From assembly GCA_030141605.1 (NCBI GenBank), contig JAQGDQ010000113.1, positions 310,001-374,000 on the forward strand: 64,000 nt of DNA, in the 5' to 3' direction. This DNA is from Tubiluchus corallicola. Its lineage: Eukaryota > Animalia > Priapulida. The notes below the pieces were generated by a model. That model made no database searches. It was given only the letters and a program-made list of their open reading frames with translations, and had not been told where the DNA came from. Numbering within the stretch: the stretch's first letter is position 1; each line of letters starts with the position of its first letter. Made by a program: the position numbers and the translations under genes. This document shows positions 26,460-38,948 of this stretch, piece by piece.

Positions 26460-27536
26460 GGATAAATGAAGTGACGAGGCACTCAGCGATACCACGGCGA
26501 TAGACAAAACTATTTGTACAAGAAGGAATGAAGCAGTAGCAAAGGGAATCATGCGACTAGCTTGCGTGAACATAGGTGCCAGCATTGTATACGATATAAA
26601 GCAAGTGAGTGGCACATTGCAGACATAATCTAGAGCAATCAGACGAGACAAATCTTTATCTAAGAGCGTTACTTGTCTGCAGATAAGAAAATGGTGTCTG
26701 CGGATGTGCTCGATCATGCCAGCAGCATGTTGGTCATGCACAGACTTCTGCATGATGACCAAGTTCTCTGCTATTTTCAGAAATTCACTCCGCAGAATGA
26801 AACACAGAAAAGCCAGTAATATGGGCGAGAACACCATAGCTACTCCTTGACCAACAGAACTAAACATAAAGACATAAATGCCAATTCGGTCTCTCAGGGA
26901 GAGCAACAAAGAAGAGCTTCCATTGAATGAGTTGTGTGTTTCGTTGCAATGACATTCGACAAATGCTTCATTTAACATAGATATTTGTATTCCTGCTACA
27001 ACAAGTGCCAGGGAAAGAGGTGTTAATATCAACAGATGTGAAGTGATTAGAATTTTATTGCCAGTTTTTCGTTTTGGTTTCTGGTCTTGTATGACATCAT
27101 TCCACGCCATGGCAAACTTGGCCAGGGAGCTGTTGCAGCAAGAAAGTCGGAACATGACAAGCGAATTCATGACATTGTGAAACACAAATGTCATGGAGAC
27201 AAACGTCATCGTTGTGCTCTCTTCCACAGCTCCATCAGTGAATACCGTACTGAGAAGTTCTACAAAGACATGTGTCATCATCAAGATCATAATAATATGG
27301 TAAACCTTGCAAACCAGATAAATAAATTTCGAGCAGCTGTCATTCAACATCAGGAGAGAAGGGTTACTAAAGACACCAGCCAGGAGCATCCACAACAGAC
27401 AAGGTCTCAAATATTGTCTGACGTCATAGCTGCCTGCTTCACGCATGCCTTTTTTACATCCATCTTTAGCATCTTTGCATGGCAGTGCAGTCGCACGTGT
27501 AATACATGGCATTGTTTTATTCTTTTGCCAAAACAT
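26460..27536 (-). CDS. GRL variable exon B (N-terminus, TM1-TM6); 439-aa isoform
   Basis: 359 codons from ATG; close paralogue of exon A; ends SSLHLS at phase-0 donor TCC|gtaaga; no private C-terminal exons found between it and exon A. Confidence 0.9.
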
Positions 27537-28399
27537 GTTTTAATCGAGTACATCAGAACACTGACAGTTATTTGGCTAGATAACTTTCCGGCTTTTTGCA
27601 CAGCAGAGGAAATAAGTCACTGTTTGTAATGCTTTGACACCATAGTCAATTATGCGAAATTTGCGAAACCTTATCTTTTATGCACTAATGCATCATTATT
27701 TTAGCATCAGACCAATGTGTTTATTTCGTTGCACACCTGTTGTCAGAATAATTTGCAGCATAATACTTCCTCGCCAAATGGGGAGTTTGTCGTGGCAGAA
27801 AAATTTGCTTTAGGAATCGTGAATCGTTTTCCAGGTTGTTTCCAGAACATTGTTATGATAAATTTCCATTAATGCCACTATATTTACATTGGTCATATAG
27901 ATGTGACTGAACATAACATTTGCTGTTTATAGAACAGCAGCAGTCTAACCGAAATCAGGAGAAAAGACAATATAAACTTTTGCTGTAAATCTTTCCTTAG
28001 GCTAATATTGACCTATGGTGACAGAAATTAAATAAATTAAACAGCTCCACTCCTGCAGGTCAGTAAAGGAGCAGATGACTGCAGGAAAACAGATTACGAT
28101 GCAACGCACATAAGTGTCTGGATGCATGTACAGCACTTAGGACACCATAATGATGGTGATTATCGTTGTTATGGTTGTTATCATTTTATTTCAGTCCAGC
28201 TGTCCATATAAAAACATACATTTACGTGATATAATTTAAAACCGTTAAACCGTGGACAATAACAGTTCAAAAATAAAAATGTGCAAGTTAATAAACACCA
28301 GGACTACTAATTAAAGTTAAATGGATAAAAAAAAATTAAGCGTTCTTTTCCAGTTTCACATTTAAAAAATGTAAAGATGTCAGTGATGATGAGTGTCTC

Positions 28400-28433
28400 T
28401 TCTAGGAGAGGACTACGATGATGATTAATATCC

Positions 28434-28504
<71 letters not shown>

Positions 28505-28555
28505 CCTCCCTCCCTCTCTCCCCTCCCTCTCTCTCTCTCTCTCTCTTCCTCTCTC

Positions 28556-28596
<41 letters not shown>

Positions 28597-30257
28597 TTCT
28601 CTCTCTCTCTCTCTCTGCCTCTGTCTCTGTGAATCAATGAATGAGTTCTTCTGGTATAATACTGATCTGTCTTAAACAGCAAAAACGAAGTGCAACTATA
28701 GCATAAACTCGTTTCGGCAAATATAACCCTGTGTTCGTTAGGGCAGACTGCTTGCTTCTCAGCAACAGAAAATATGCAAAAGAGTATGCAAAATTTTTAC
28801 GTTTTTGTAAGAAAACCTAAATAATGTGTTGCTAATGAGCAAGAGCTGATATAGTTACATTAATCCACTGCCTGAATTTATAAGATTACAAAATTTGTTG
28901 TTGGATTTAAATGTATGTCATCCAGCCCTTCCCCTTTCTTCCTTCTTCTGCCTCTCTTTACCACTTCTCCTCTCATTCTCTCTGAGTCTTCTCCTCTTAG
29001 TTTCCCTTCTCTTTTTGTCTCTCTCACACTCATTCACGTGCTCACTCAGGCACGCTTCAGCAAATCCAATGCTGTGAAGTTGAGTGTGAATCACATAAAA
29101 TGATTAACCGCACTGGCTTTTCAGTGGGGGCATTTTACTGAAATGCAAAACTTTTACCATTTTTTGCAAGAAAACCAAAATAATGTATCACTAATCAGCA
29201 AGATTTGATACAACTACATTCATCTGTTATCTAAATTAATTGCCTAAACTTATAAAATTTGTAGGTTTATTATTGTACATTATCCAGGTCTCTGTTCTGC
29301 TAACGAAACTGCTTACAGTGCGACACAATGTGTTATTCAACATGAGAAAACTGAAAACAATGTTACGTGTTTACATTCGTCAACGAGCATGTGAAACTGT
29401 GTATATGTGAATCAGTGCAATCATTTCCGTAGCTATTTTACAGCCTTTATTCCAAGCTGGCCTACTAACTGTGTCATGTGTTCATAGTTCATAGAGTCAA
29501 TATTATTAGTAAGACGAAGAACAGTTTGCGTTGATGACACCAAAATGAGAATTATAACATGTTAATTCCGACTTAATCAGCAAAATAAATCTAGGGCCTA
29601 TATTAGAAGCGCCTACCGATTTTTATAAGCGCCTTAACTTTATGCACTTAACTACATAGTCTTACGACACCGCCATTCCTCTAAGACAATGTCATAAATG
29701 GTCTTTGAATGCACTTAAGTTCACCTCGCTAGTTGCCGCCAGTTTGAATTCAAAAACTGTCTTAGGGTCCATTTAAGTTCGCTACTTGAATTTTAATCAA
29801 AAAGCTTGTCTTATGTTAAGACATGCGGGTGATGTTAGCTTCTGAAACTCGCAAAAGTCCTGACACGCAAGATTATAATAATAATAATGAATGAATAAAC
29901 AGCTACAGGCAAGGCTCAAACGCACGGTTTTTGTGTGGTAGGCTTTTTTGTTTCTAATACAGCTTTTCTGGTTTTCTTACAAAAACGTAAAAATTTTGCA
30001 TATTTTTTGCACATTTTCTGTAAATGAGAAGCTACCAGCGTGTGCACATGAATACAGAAGCTATGCAGAAGCGAGTTTACGCTAGAACAGTGCTGAGCCT
30101 CAAGAAGGGAGAGTGGAAGTGAAAAGGGATGGAGAGAGAAAAAGCAAGTAGAAGAGAGAATTAGAGAGAGAGAAAGAGAGAGAGAGAGAAAGAGAGAGAA
30201 AGAGAGAGAGCGGGGAAAGAAAGGATATTAATCATTATCGTAGGCCTTCCCTAAAGG
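28400..30257. repeat. Long imperfect inverted repeat with CT/GA microsatellite in each arm
   Basis: Arm 28400-28840 (CTACGATGATGATTAATATCC-(CT)n...TATGCAAAATTTTTACGTTTTTGTAAGAAAACC) matches the reverse complement of 29950-30257 (GGTTTTCTTACAAAAACGTAAAAATTTTGCATA...(GA)n-GGATATTAATCATTATCGTAG). Confidence 0.8.
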
Positions 30258-30388
30258 GTCCATTTGACTGCCTTGAACCCTATACTTCTGCTTTTATCGT
30301 AGCACTCACGGGCCTACATGCTGCGGTGTGTTCTTGGTTTGGTTTAGTTATTTTAATGTACAAATATTATGTTATTAGTCATACTTAC

Positions 30389-31513
30389 AGATGCATTAAC
30401 TTCAGCTGCAAAGAATATTATTACGGCCAGTGTTCCACTGGAGAGAATCAGCATATACACGGATGTCATCGAGGTACTACTTTCTCCAAATGTGAACGTC
30501 TCCTCTTTCCCAAATGCTGGCCTAAGTAAACTGTATGACATAAACACTGAAGTTGGGACATTGCAAAAGAAAAGCACAAAAATAAAAGGACTCATTCCCC
30601 TGTCAAGAAACGCAATGTAGTGGCAAAGTAAGAGATGGCGTTTTCTCAGGTAGCACAGTTGATCTGAAAGATTGTCTTGCATTTCGTTTACAATTTTTGC
30701 AAGTTCCCTGCTTTTGGTTTTTAGCTGGTAGTTCAAGGCGTAGCAAATGCAAGCAAAAAGTGTGACAGGAAAAACCACTGATGATCCATACGCTAACGAA
30801 CCGGATAACAAGATAACTGCATGCGCCTGTAACCATGGTGTACTTTCTCCAGCAGTTACATTTTTATCAGTAACATCAGATGCGTTGTAGACGTCGTTGA
30901 TAAAATGTATTGCAGAAATTACCGTCGCTGAAACAAGAAACAAGGTTGGTAGTATAATCGCAGCTTTTCCAAATAAGGACAAATGTCGTCGTTGTCGCTG
31001 AGAAAGGTGATGCTTATCTCTGTGCCAAATATTGACAAACTTGCTTACACAGCCTGACTCTCGCGACCACAAAAATGTGATTGTTACATTCGTTGCAAAC
31101 TGCATCAAGAAAAGCATAGTTACAACGGTTGAAGTGATACTGCCTTCGGATAGACCTTCTATGATGACTCTTCGCAAGAAATCTATGAACATATACCAGT
31201 TCACCATTGCCATTACGATATGATACGTTGCTGTGAAGTATCTGAGCCCCTTTGAAACATTTCCTAGAACCACAACATCTGGATTGCTGCAGATCCCTGT
31301 TATGTGCATTAATAGCAGACAAGGTCTCAACATGTCCCTGATATCATAAACCTGAACGCTATTTGATCCATCATTTGCTATGTCTACAACGTTGTCACTA
31401 ATTTGACACTTCACATTACTTTCTGAGCCAATCCTTTGTGAAACATTATGATTTGGATGATCAAATGTGTCAAGTGATCTTAATGGTATGTTTCTTCTGG
31501 ATGTCATCTTCAT
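30389..31513 (-). CDS. GRL variable exon C (N-terminus, TM1-TM6); 455-aa isoform
   Basis: 375 codons from ATG; YDIRDMLRPCLLLMHITG and LRKRHLLLCHYIAFLD align with A/B; ends AAEVNAS at phase-0 donor TCT|gtaagt. Confidence 0.9.
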
Positions 31514-31920
31514 CTTAACTGTATCGTCATCGTTATAATCAATAATATGTTTTCGCGTTTATTTTCTGATGTTTTTAGTTTTCATCGGTACAAGCCATAC
31601 TTCTTTAAAAAATTCGTTTGACCAATCTGTGATTTTTCTAACGGGCCTTATATAATTATGTGTTCTGTGACTGAGTGAGTACATATCACTAAGTCACGAC
31701 GCGAAGTTGAATGACTTTTGCCATTGAATTCTTGACAGAAAAGCGAACGGTCATCAATAATTGTTCCACGTACACACAAGTAAACAGACATTAGCAAGCA
31801 AACAAAATGATGCATTAGTGTGGACAGTTTCATGCCATAATTGATGTAAGGCTATTTTGGTTGATGTAAGCATTCTGCTTGACACGCGAATTTTCATTAT
31901 CTGTGTGATAAATACAACGG

Positions 31921-32017
31921 GCTACAATGACAATAAGGGCTTCAAAGTCTACAGTAGCTACAATGACAATAAGGGCTTCAAAGTCTACAGTAGCTACAAT
32001 AACAACAAAGTCTACAG
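31921..32017. repeat. 36-bp tandem repeat, ~2.5 copies
   Basis: GCTACAATGACAATAAGGGCTTCAAAGTCTACAGTA repeated. Confidence 0.9.
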
Positions 32018-32559
32018 AGCCAACTGGATTTTACAAAGATTCCGTCTCAACACTTAACTCTAACACCAAAACTTATGGTGTTATACTATACACCAAAGCT
32101 GTATAGTATAACTGTGGATGCAGTGGCTGATGTAAATGCAGTGGCTAGTGTAATTTCAACAAATTAAAATATAAGGTATCTCAAAAAGATTTATGCATTT
32201 TGGTTCTTAAATTTCTTTTTATAATTTATCCCAAGCTCGGCCGGCTCTTACGCGGAATCAAAAGAGTTTCGGCATTTCTCCGTTGCTATGGCGACGAGAA
32301 TCACCACCAGGCTGCGATCACCAACTACTGAAGTTAGGGGAACTCAGAGCATCACGCGGAGCTCCAATCTCTCACTGTTAGGGATGCATTTTTTCTACAA
32401 TGTGCTGCCACTCACGGGCTATAAGGTACTTTCTCAATATACGACGCCCGACTTTGCTTTAAACATAATTCATTGAAGGTGTAACATCTAGGTTTGAAAC
32501 AGACAGTTTTACAACTGATATATGTTCTCCCCTAGTAGGAGCGAACGCTAGACAGATGC

Positions 32560-35438
32560 AGAACAATGGTGACCACAATGTACAAAAAATGTTACAATAA
32601 ATATAAGCATTAATATGTAACAAGAGTAACAAACTTAATACTATTTAAAGCGCTTGGTGTCTGAAGTAAAAGACTGTACTAAAACAAAAATTTGAGTGTT
32701 CACAGAATTATCTAGGGCAAGGTTTCCGTGCAGGAACAAACGTACAAGTTCATTTGTTGCAAGACTGTAAACATTGATGTTACAAGCTGACAAAAGAGTG
32801 CAGAGATTTGTAAATAAGTCGTGTCTAGCCTGGTGGTAAAGAGGGCAGCTAATTAAGTAATGACCGACTTTTCATAAGTAGAACCACATTAACATTTGGG
32901 TGACACTAGCGACCCATTGTAATTTTTATATTTTCTGAAGTACAAATCATAATTAAGTTGGCAAAAACCAACTCTCATTCTAGTATGGTGTACAGATGAA
33001 TCACGAGTACCACTTGAAAAGTAAGTAGGCCGCTTATTAAAACCCATGTGATTCTTTAGTCGGGATTTAAAGATGTTTAAAGAGTTAGAGTTACGGATAT
33101 CAAGAGGTAAACTATTTCAGCACTTAACTGATGCAAGAAAAAAAGAATTATCAAAAGCAGTTGAGTGGCAGGTGTAATTAGAAAAGTTTTCATTATTTCG
33201 GACTGGATACAATGTAATATCCCTTACGCGAGGACGCAAAATATTAAAAAGGTAGTGGGGAGCTAAGTGATTCACGATTTTATAAAAGGCACATAAACGG
33301 AAATATTGGAAACGCCTAGAAAAGGGGTCCAATCCTGCTTCGAACAAAAGATTTTAATGATTGGAACCTCACATAACACCGGTACATATGCGCGCAGCAC
33401 TCAACTGAATATTATCAAGGGTTCAACATTACGACCGAGTCCAGACCATACGATATTACCGTATTCCAAAGTGGGTAAAATAATAGTTTTGAACAAGAAT
33501 TCACAAGTTGAACACGGCAGTATAGTGGCTAGACCTCACAAGTTTCCTAGTTATGGCTGAACTGTTGCGATGATCTGGTTTACACGTTGTTCCCATTTTA
33601 GATCACATGTAAAATAAATCCCCAGGTGCTTATGAGAATTAACATGTTTTAAAGGTATATTATTGAGATAAAGTGGCATATGATGACGTTGCTGGATTTT
33701 ACGAGAGCATTACTTCGGTTTTCTGTGGATTAAAGGAACACACCATCTATCAGCCCAGTGCTGCAAAGTTTCTAGGTCGGAATTTAGATGCAGTGTGGAA
33801 TGTACTGGGTCTGTGACTGTATCCATTATGGAAGTATCGTCGGCAAAAGACGTATGTCACACTGTATATTATGAGTAATGTCATTTACATAGACAAGAAA
33901 CAAAAGACGGCCCAAAATAGAGCCCTGAGGCACCCCAGCAGCCAGGGACAAAGATTCTGATGAGGCACCTTCCATAACTACTCGTTGACTACGACCAGAT
34001 AAATAAGAGAATAACCAACGTAGTAAGGGACCACTGATGCCAAGCTGGGATAATTTGAATATGAGACCTTTGTGCCAGACCTAGTCAAAGGCTTTAGTTA
34101 CATCGAGAAAAACTGTCCATACCCTATATCCAGCGTCTAGATCAGAGTATATTTTGTGGACAATGGATGCCAATTGATTGATTGTACTATCTCCTTGCTT
34201 GAAACTAGAATTACACTCATTCAACAGATTATTGTCAATAACAAGATAATTATAAAGTTCTTTATACACAATCTGCTCCAAGATTTTAGAAACACAGGAA
34301 AGTAGAGAAATTCCACTATAATTAGTAACCAATCCTCTATCACTTTTTTTAAATACAGGAGTAACATTAGCTGTTTTCCATACTGACTGAAACATTCCAC
34401 TGTTAATAGACATTTTAAATAGTAACGTTAAAGGCACAGAAAGCGACTGAGAACATTGTTTCAAAACAATATTACTTATGCGATCGGGCCCTGTTGATTT
34501 ACCGAGTTTTACACATTTCAAGAAATTACTAACTACCTATATGCTCAGATAGGTCAACAGTTGACAAGACACTATCAGTGACCAAAGAGAAAGGAGGAAT
34601 TACGGCATTACCGCAATTTACACTACAGTTTTCTGCAAAAAAATTGTTAAATATACTACATTTGAGCTTGGTATCAGCTATAATACAGTTATTAACTTTA
34701 AGTGGTGGAATAACAAAGTCATGTTTGCTTTTGTAAAATGATTTGACACTGTTCCACCAGGCCTTGGGGCAGGTTTGTGGATCGAGTAATTTAGTATTTA
34801 GTTTCTTCATATAATCAGATTTAGCTTTTTTTAAGAATTATTATAGGTATTCCTACATCGCTCGTACTTCTCCCAAGATTCGGCAGTTTGATGCAGTTTG
34901 TAGTATTTATGTGATTTTTCTTTAGCTTTTCTTAATTTTCTGACGTAGCTGTTCATCCACAACTTGTACCAAGGTCGAATGGTTACGGTTCTATGAGGCA
35001 CATAATCTTCAAACAAATGTGACAAATTAGTAATAAAATTAGCACAAACAGAATCAACAGTTTCATTTGCAAAAAGGAAATTCCAATCAGTAACATGAAT
35101 AGCTTGATTTAAACCACACCTGTCAGCTCTATTATAATAAAAAAAATTTCTTTGGTAGGAAGCTGCAGTTGGAAGATTTGTAAGCATTTTACCATAAATC
35201 GAGTTATGATCAGCTGTATATATATATATATATAGGTGACATGACACCACTCTCCATTATTAAGCCGGTAGCATCAGTTAAAATAAGGTCAAACAAAGAG
35301 CTAGACACATCTGAAGTACGGGTAGGATGTGTTATTAACTGTGAAAGTTGATTCTGAAGAGTAAATGCATATAATTAAAAACCAAAACGATTTTCCCCAC
35401 CAGGAGGGTACCATACTGCACACTTGGCGTTAAAATCA

Positions 35439-35482
<44 letters not shown>

Positions 35483-36200
35483 TGCATAGCGAACATTTGA
35501 TAAGCTACTAATTAACGTATCGTGAGACAATTGTAACTGATTCATAAACTCATCACCGGTAGGAGCATCTTGAGTAGGAGACCGGTAACACAGACACACA
35601 TATATAAGATGAAGTTGGTAAGATTAATTTCAAACCACATGAATTCAAAGTTAGTATTAAAAACTAAATCTGTTCTTGGTGTGAAAGGTATATCAACCGA
35701 GGCGTAAAAAGCTATCCCCCCTCCCAAGCCATTACGATCTTTACGGAAAGGGACTTGGTAACCAGGGATTAACATGTCCGAGATATTAACTGAAGGGCAT
35801 AACCATGTTTCAGTAAGCGCTAAAATATCAAACTGGTTTTAATTTGAAATTAACTTCAATTCGTCGAGTTTGAAGGATTCATTGTTAGCTAACAAACTTC
35901 TGACATTAGCATGGAGAAAAGAAAAATACTTGTTTACAGGGCCGGGGTTATAATGGATATCTATCGGCAGGATAATTATAAAAGACGTAACTACTAAAAA
36001 GAAAATAATATTTGAAGTAAACATTATAAATGCGTCAGACTGAGGACATGGGTTATATGTATGATGGGGCTTAGTTCTAAATCCGTAAAGAAAATGTGGT
36101 GCAAATGCAAATAAACCAATTGCTGCCGTATACAGCGTTAATGGTACAGGCATTTAGCTAATATGTTCAATGAGCCATAACCAACAGACCCCTGGACAGC
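32560..36200 (-). mobile_element. Decayed near-full-length CR1-type LINE ORF2 (APE endonuclease + reverse transcriptase)
   Basis: Broken frames in order: NPGP..FLHANVRSL (35839-36153), RKDRNGLGGGIAFY, GDFNAK, KSTGPDRIS...WKTANVTPVFKK...ISLLSCVSKILE...VFLDVTKAFD, GVPQGSILG (~33910-33936), FADDTS (~33830-33847), YKIVNHLAPHYL; many stops, frameshifts and (TA)n insertions. Confidence 0.92.
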
Positions 36201-38014
36201 CCCTAACATTTATGCAAAAGTGGTCACATTGAAATGTACGAAGGTTATAAGCAATATGCATATCAAGACACAACTAAGTGACTTCATATGCATAGCAAGT
36301 CACAACAGAAAATACAGTCACAATCTATATAATTATTAAAATATTGCAGTGACGCTTGACTTTCCTTTGGATAGGTCTCTGAAGCTCTTGAAATCTTTGA
36401 AGAAGGTAGCAAAAATCGCAAAGCCTTCTAGTGCAGTAGTTCTTTTCAGATTTTCGTTTAATTTGACTAAAAGAATATTCAAACATTTTGCCCTGTTTGT
36501 CAATAAGATAAGATGAACGAGATGAATTCGAGACAAGACGAGAGAGGAGAGGAAAGAAGAAGAGTCGGAACAAAATGAGACGAGACGATATGAGATATGA
36601 TAAAAAAAGATAAGATATATTTCATTTGCCATCCATTTTCTGCATAAGTAATACGAGCAGATAAAGCTCTTTGTCGACAATGGCGTCTTAAAATCTTTTT
36701 ATTAGACGTAATTTCATTTCATAATAAGACGAGTGAAATTTTTTTACTAATATTCTATTTTCAAGTACATGAGTATATTGTTCTGAAATATATTATACTA
36801 TTTACCCATAGTTGGGGTATGGGTTGGTGAATGCCTTTCAGCACTGCACCTCTGGGGCTCCATACTGCTCCGATATTCCCTGTTGCTTAGCCTGCCCCTG
36901 TAATGGAGCAGTTACCAACTCGCACATCGTGGAGAATACGCAGGAGTCTTGGTTGTGGAGAGGCTATGTAACCAACAGTTTTGTCTACAGTTGGCTTTAG
37001 TTAGGCAATTACGCCTGACGCATCACACACACCCTGTAGTGCATGCACTACCGCGAGCCAGGCCCCCTCCGCCCAGTATTCACCTTAGCTGCTGAAAGAG
37101 TGGGCTGCCTTGCGAATGAGCAAGGCTACCTACCTACTTACGGGCTTTCCCAGTCCAATAGTGACTATCCTGAATCAGAGCCCAGATGTGAGAACATTGT
37201 GCCGTATGGTTAGAATGACATAGTGCCCAGAATGACATCAGTACTCAACAGAGGGAGACACATGCTACGAGCTTCCAAGATGAATCGCCCCCACGGTCTG
37301 CCCAGAAGACTCTCCCTCACCACAGCAACACGCAGTGGTCCCAAAAGACTGGACTGAGGGCATAGGGCTACCTGCCCCGGGACCTGGTCCATAGGCTTCG
37401 GATCCTCCGGCGTCTACTCACCTGATGTTGCTCGCGGTTGAATAAGAAATTAAAACACGCCATAATAACGCACTAGACATTTGCAAATAACACACTTCCA
37501 CTCGTCGGAAGCAAAGAAATAAATGAAGCCGAATAAACTCTGACACCTGTTACGCGTCACTGCAAGAACGACGAATATCATTGCCATGGTAATGAATTGT
37601 TATCATCTAAGTGACGTAATGTGCCATGACGCAACAGAAGTCAGAAGATGATGAGTATGACTAATTCCCATGGTAAAACGGAGTCACGAATTAATCCTCT
37701 AAAATGGACAAGAAAAATGAAAGGGCGCCGTTTATATATTGTATATATGCTTAGACTATCTGATGATAATAAAGTGAAGACAATTTTTAACAACCAATAG
37801 AAGAGAAAACGAGCAGGAAAACAGATGTTAATATATTTACATTTTGCAGAGAAACATTTAAACTCTTCAGTACTGGCCTTAGAGTAGAGATAGCAGCACT
37901 TGATCCATTGCAGAGACCAGCAGGGAATCTTGGCATAAACAGATGAACAGAATCATGTCCCTGGACGCAAGATTCAATGGACGAAGACTTCTGTAATTGT
38001 TTTTGCTCACGGGC

Positions 38015-38078
<64 letters not shown>
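38015..38078. repeat. (AAT)n microsatellite
   Basis: Direct reading. Confidence 0.97.
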
Positions 38079-38080
<2 letters not shown>

Positions 38081-38948
38081 TTTTATTTAAAGTCGGCTTT
38101 ACATTCAACAGACAACACAAGTCTGCCATGAGGTTTTATCGCCGACTGTAAATAACAAACTACATCTACATAACAGAAATTATTATTACCCCTCTTTTAC
38201 ACTAAATACCACCCGCCAGGCTGGACAAGAAGAACTGAAGATAGTCATAAGGAATACAATTTTGGTCGGTTTCTAGTTTCTTTCAGTATATCAAATTAGT
38301 CTGGTGAATATCATATCAACGCATTTGGCTCCTGTAAGTATGTTTTTCGTGTTAGAGTTAATTTGTGAAAAGGAAAACAAATTGTTAGCATCACGTTTGG
38401 TTAAGAAATATGTAAAAGTATTACACGATGATTCATTTGATATTGAAATTCAGTTGCCATTTTGATTTTTGACATTTTACAGAACTTTTTCCGACTAAAA
38501 TAAATGTCCGACTAAATTATTAGAATTTAGTATTTATTTATTGACATATACATTACAATGACATAAATAGGTAGACTAACAGCATAAGAACTACAAAAAT
38601 CTGGAAAATTACATAACGAAGTTATTATATATATATATATAGCTATAGTAGCCAAAAAACGCGTAATTATTTTACACAAACAACAAAATTATGTGATAAA
38701 AGGTCTACTTGGTGTGGCCATTTACCTGTATACTATTCAACTGTTGCACCGTTGCAGACTGGTTGTTGTTATTATTGTGTATTACTTTGTAGATGGAGAA
38801 ACGTAAATTATAATTCAATTCAATTCAGTCACCTTCCAGCTTTAGAATCCCTGTCCATTTTCACAATAACGTGGGCGAAGCTTCAGAAAGAAGATGGTAA
38901 ACGCTCCAGTTAAACAGTTTTTGTATAATTTTGATAACAAATGCTGTT

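Noticed and set aside
24809-27629. Plus-strand ORFs of 162 and 180 aa that resemble each other
   Set aside because: Antisense shadows of the duplicated GRL exons A and B.
24122-31513. Three independent single-exon receptor genes as given by the ORF track
   Set aside because: Each ORF lacks TM7 and the TYxxxxxQF motif, and runs only 5-16 codons past a strong phase-0 donor at the same aligned position; the ORF tails are intron read-through.
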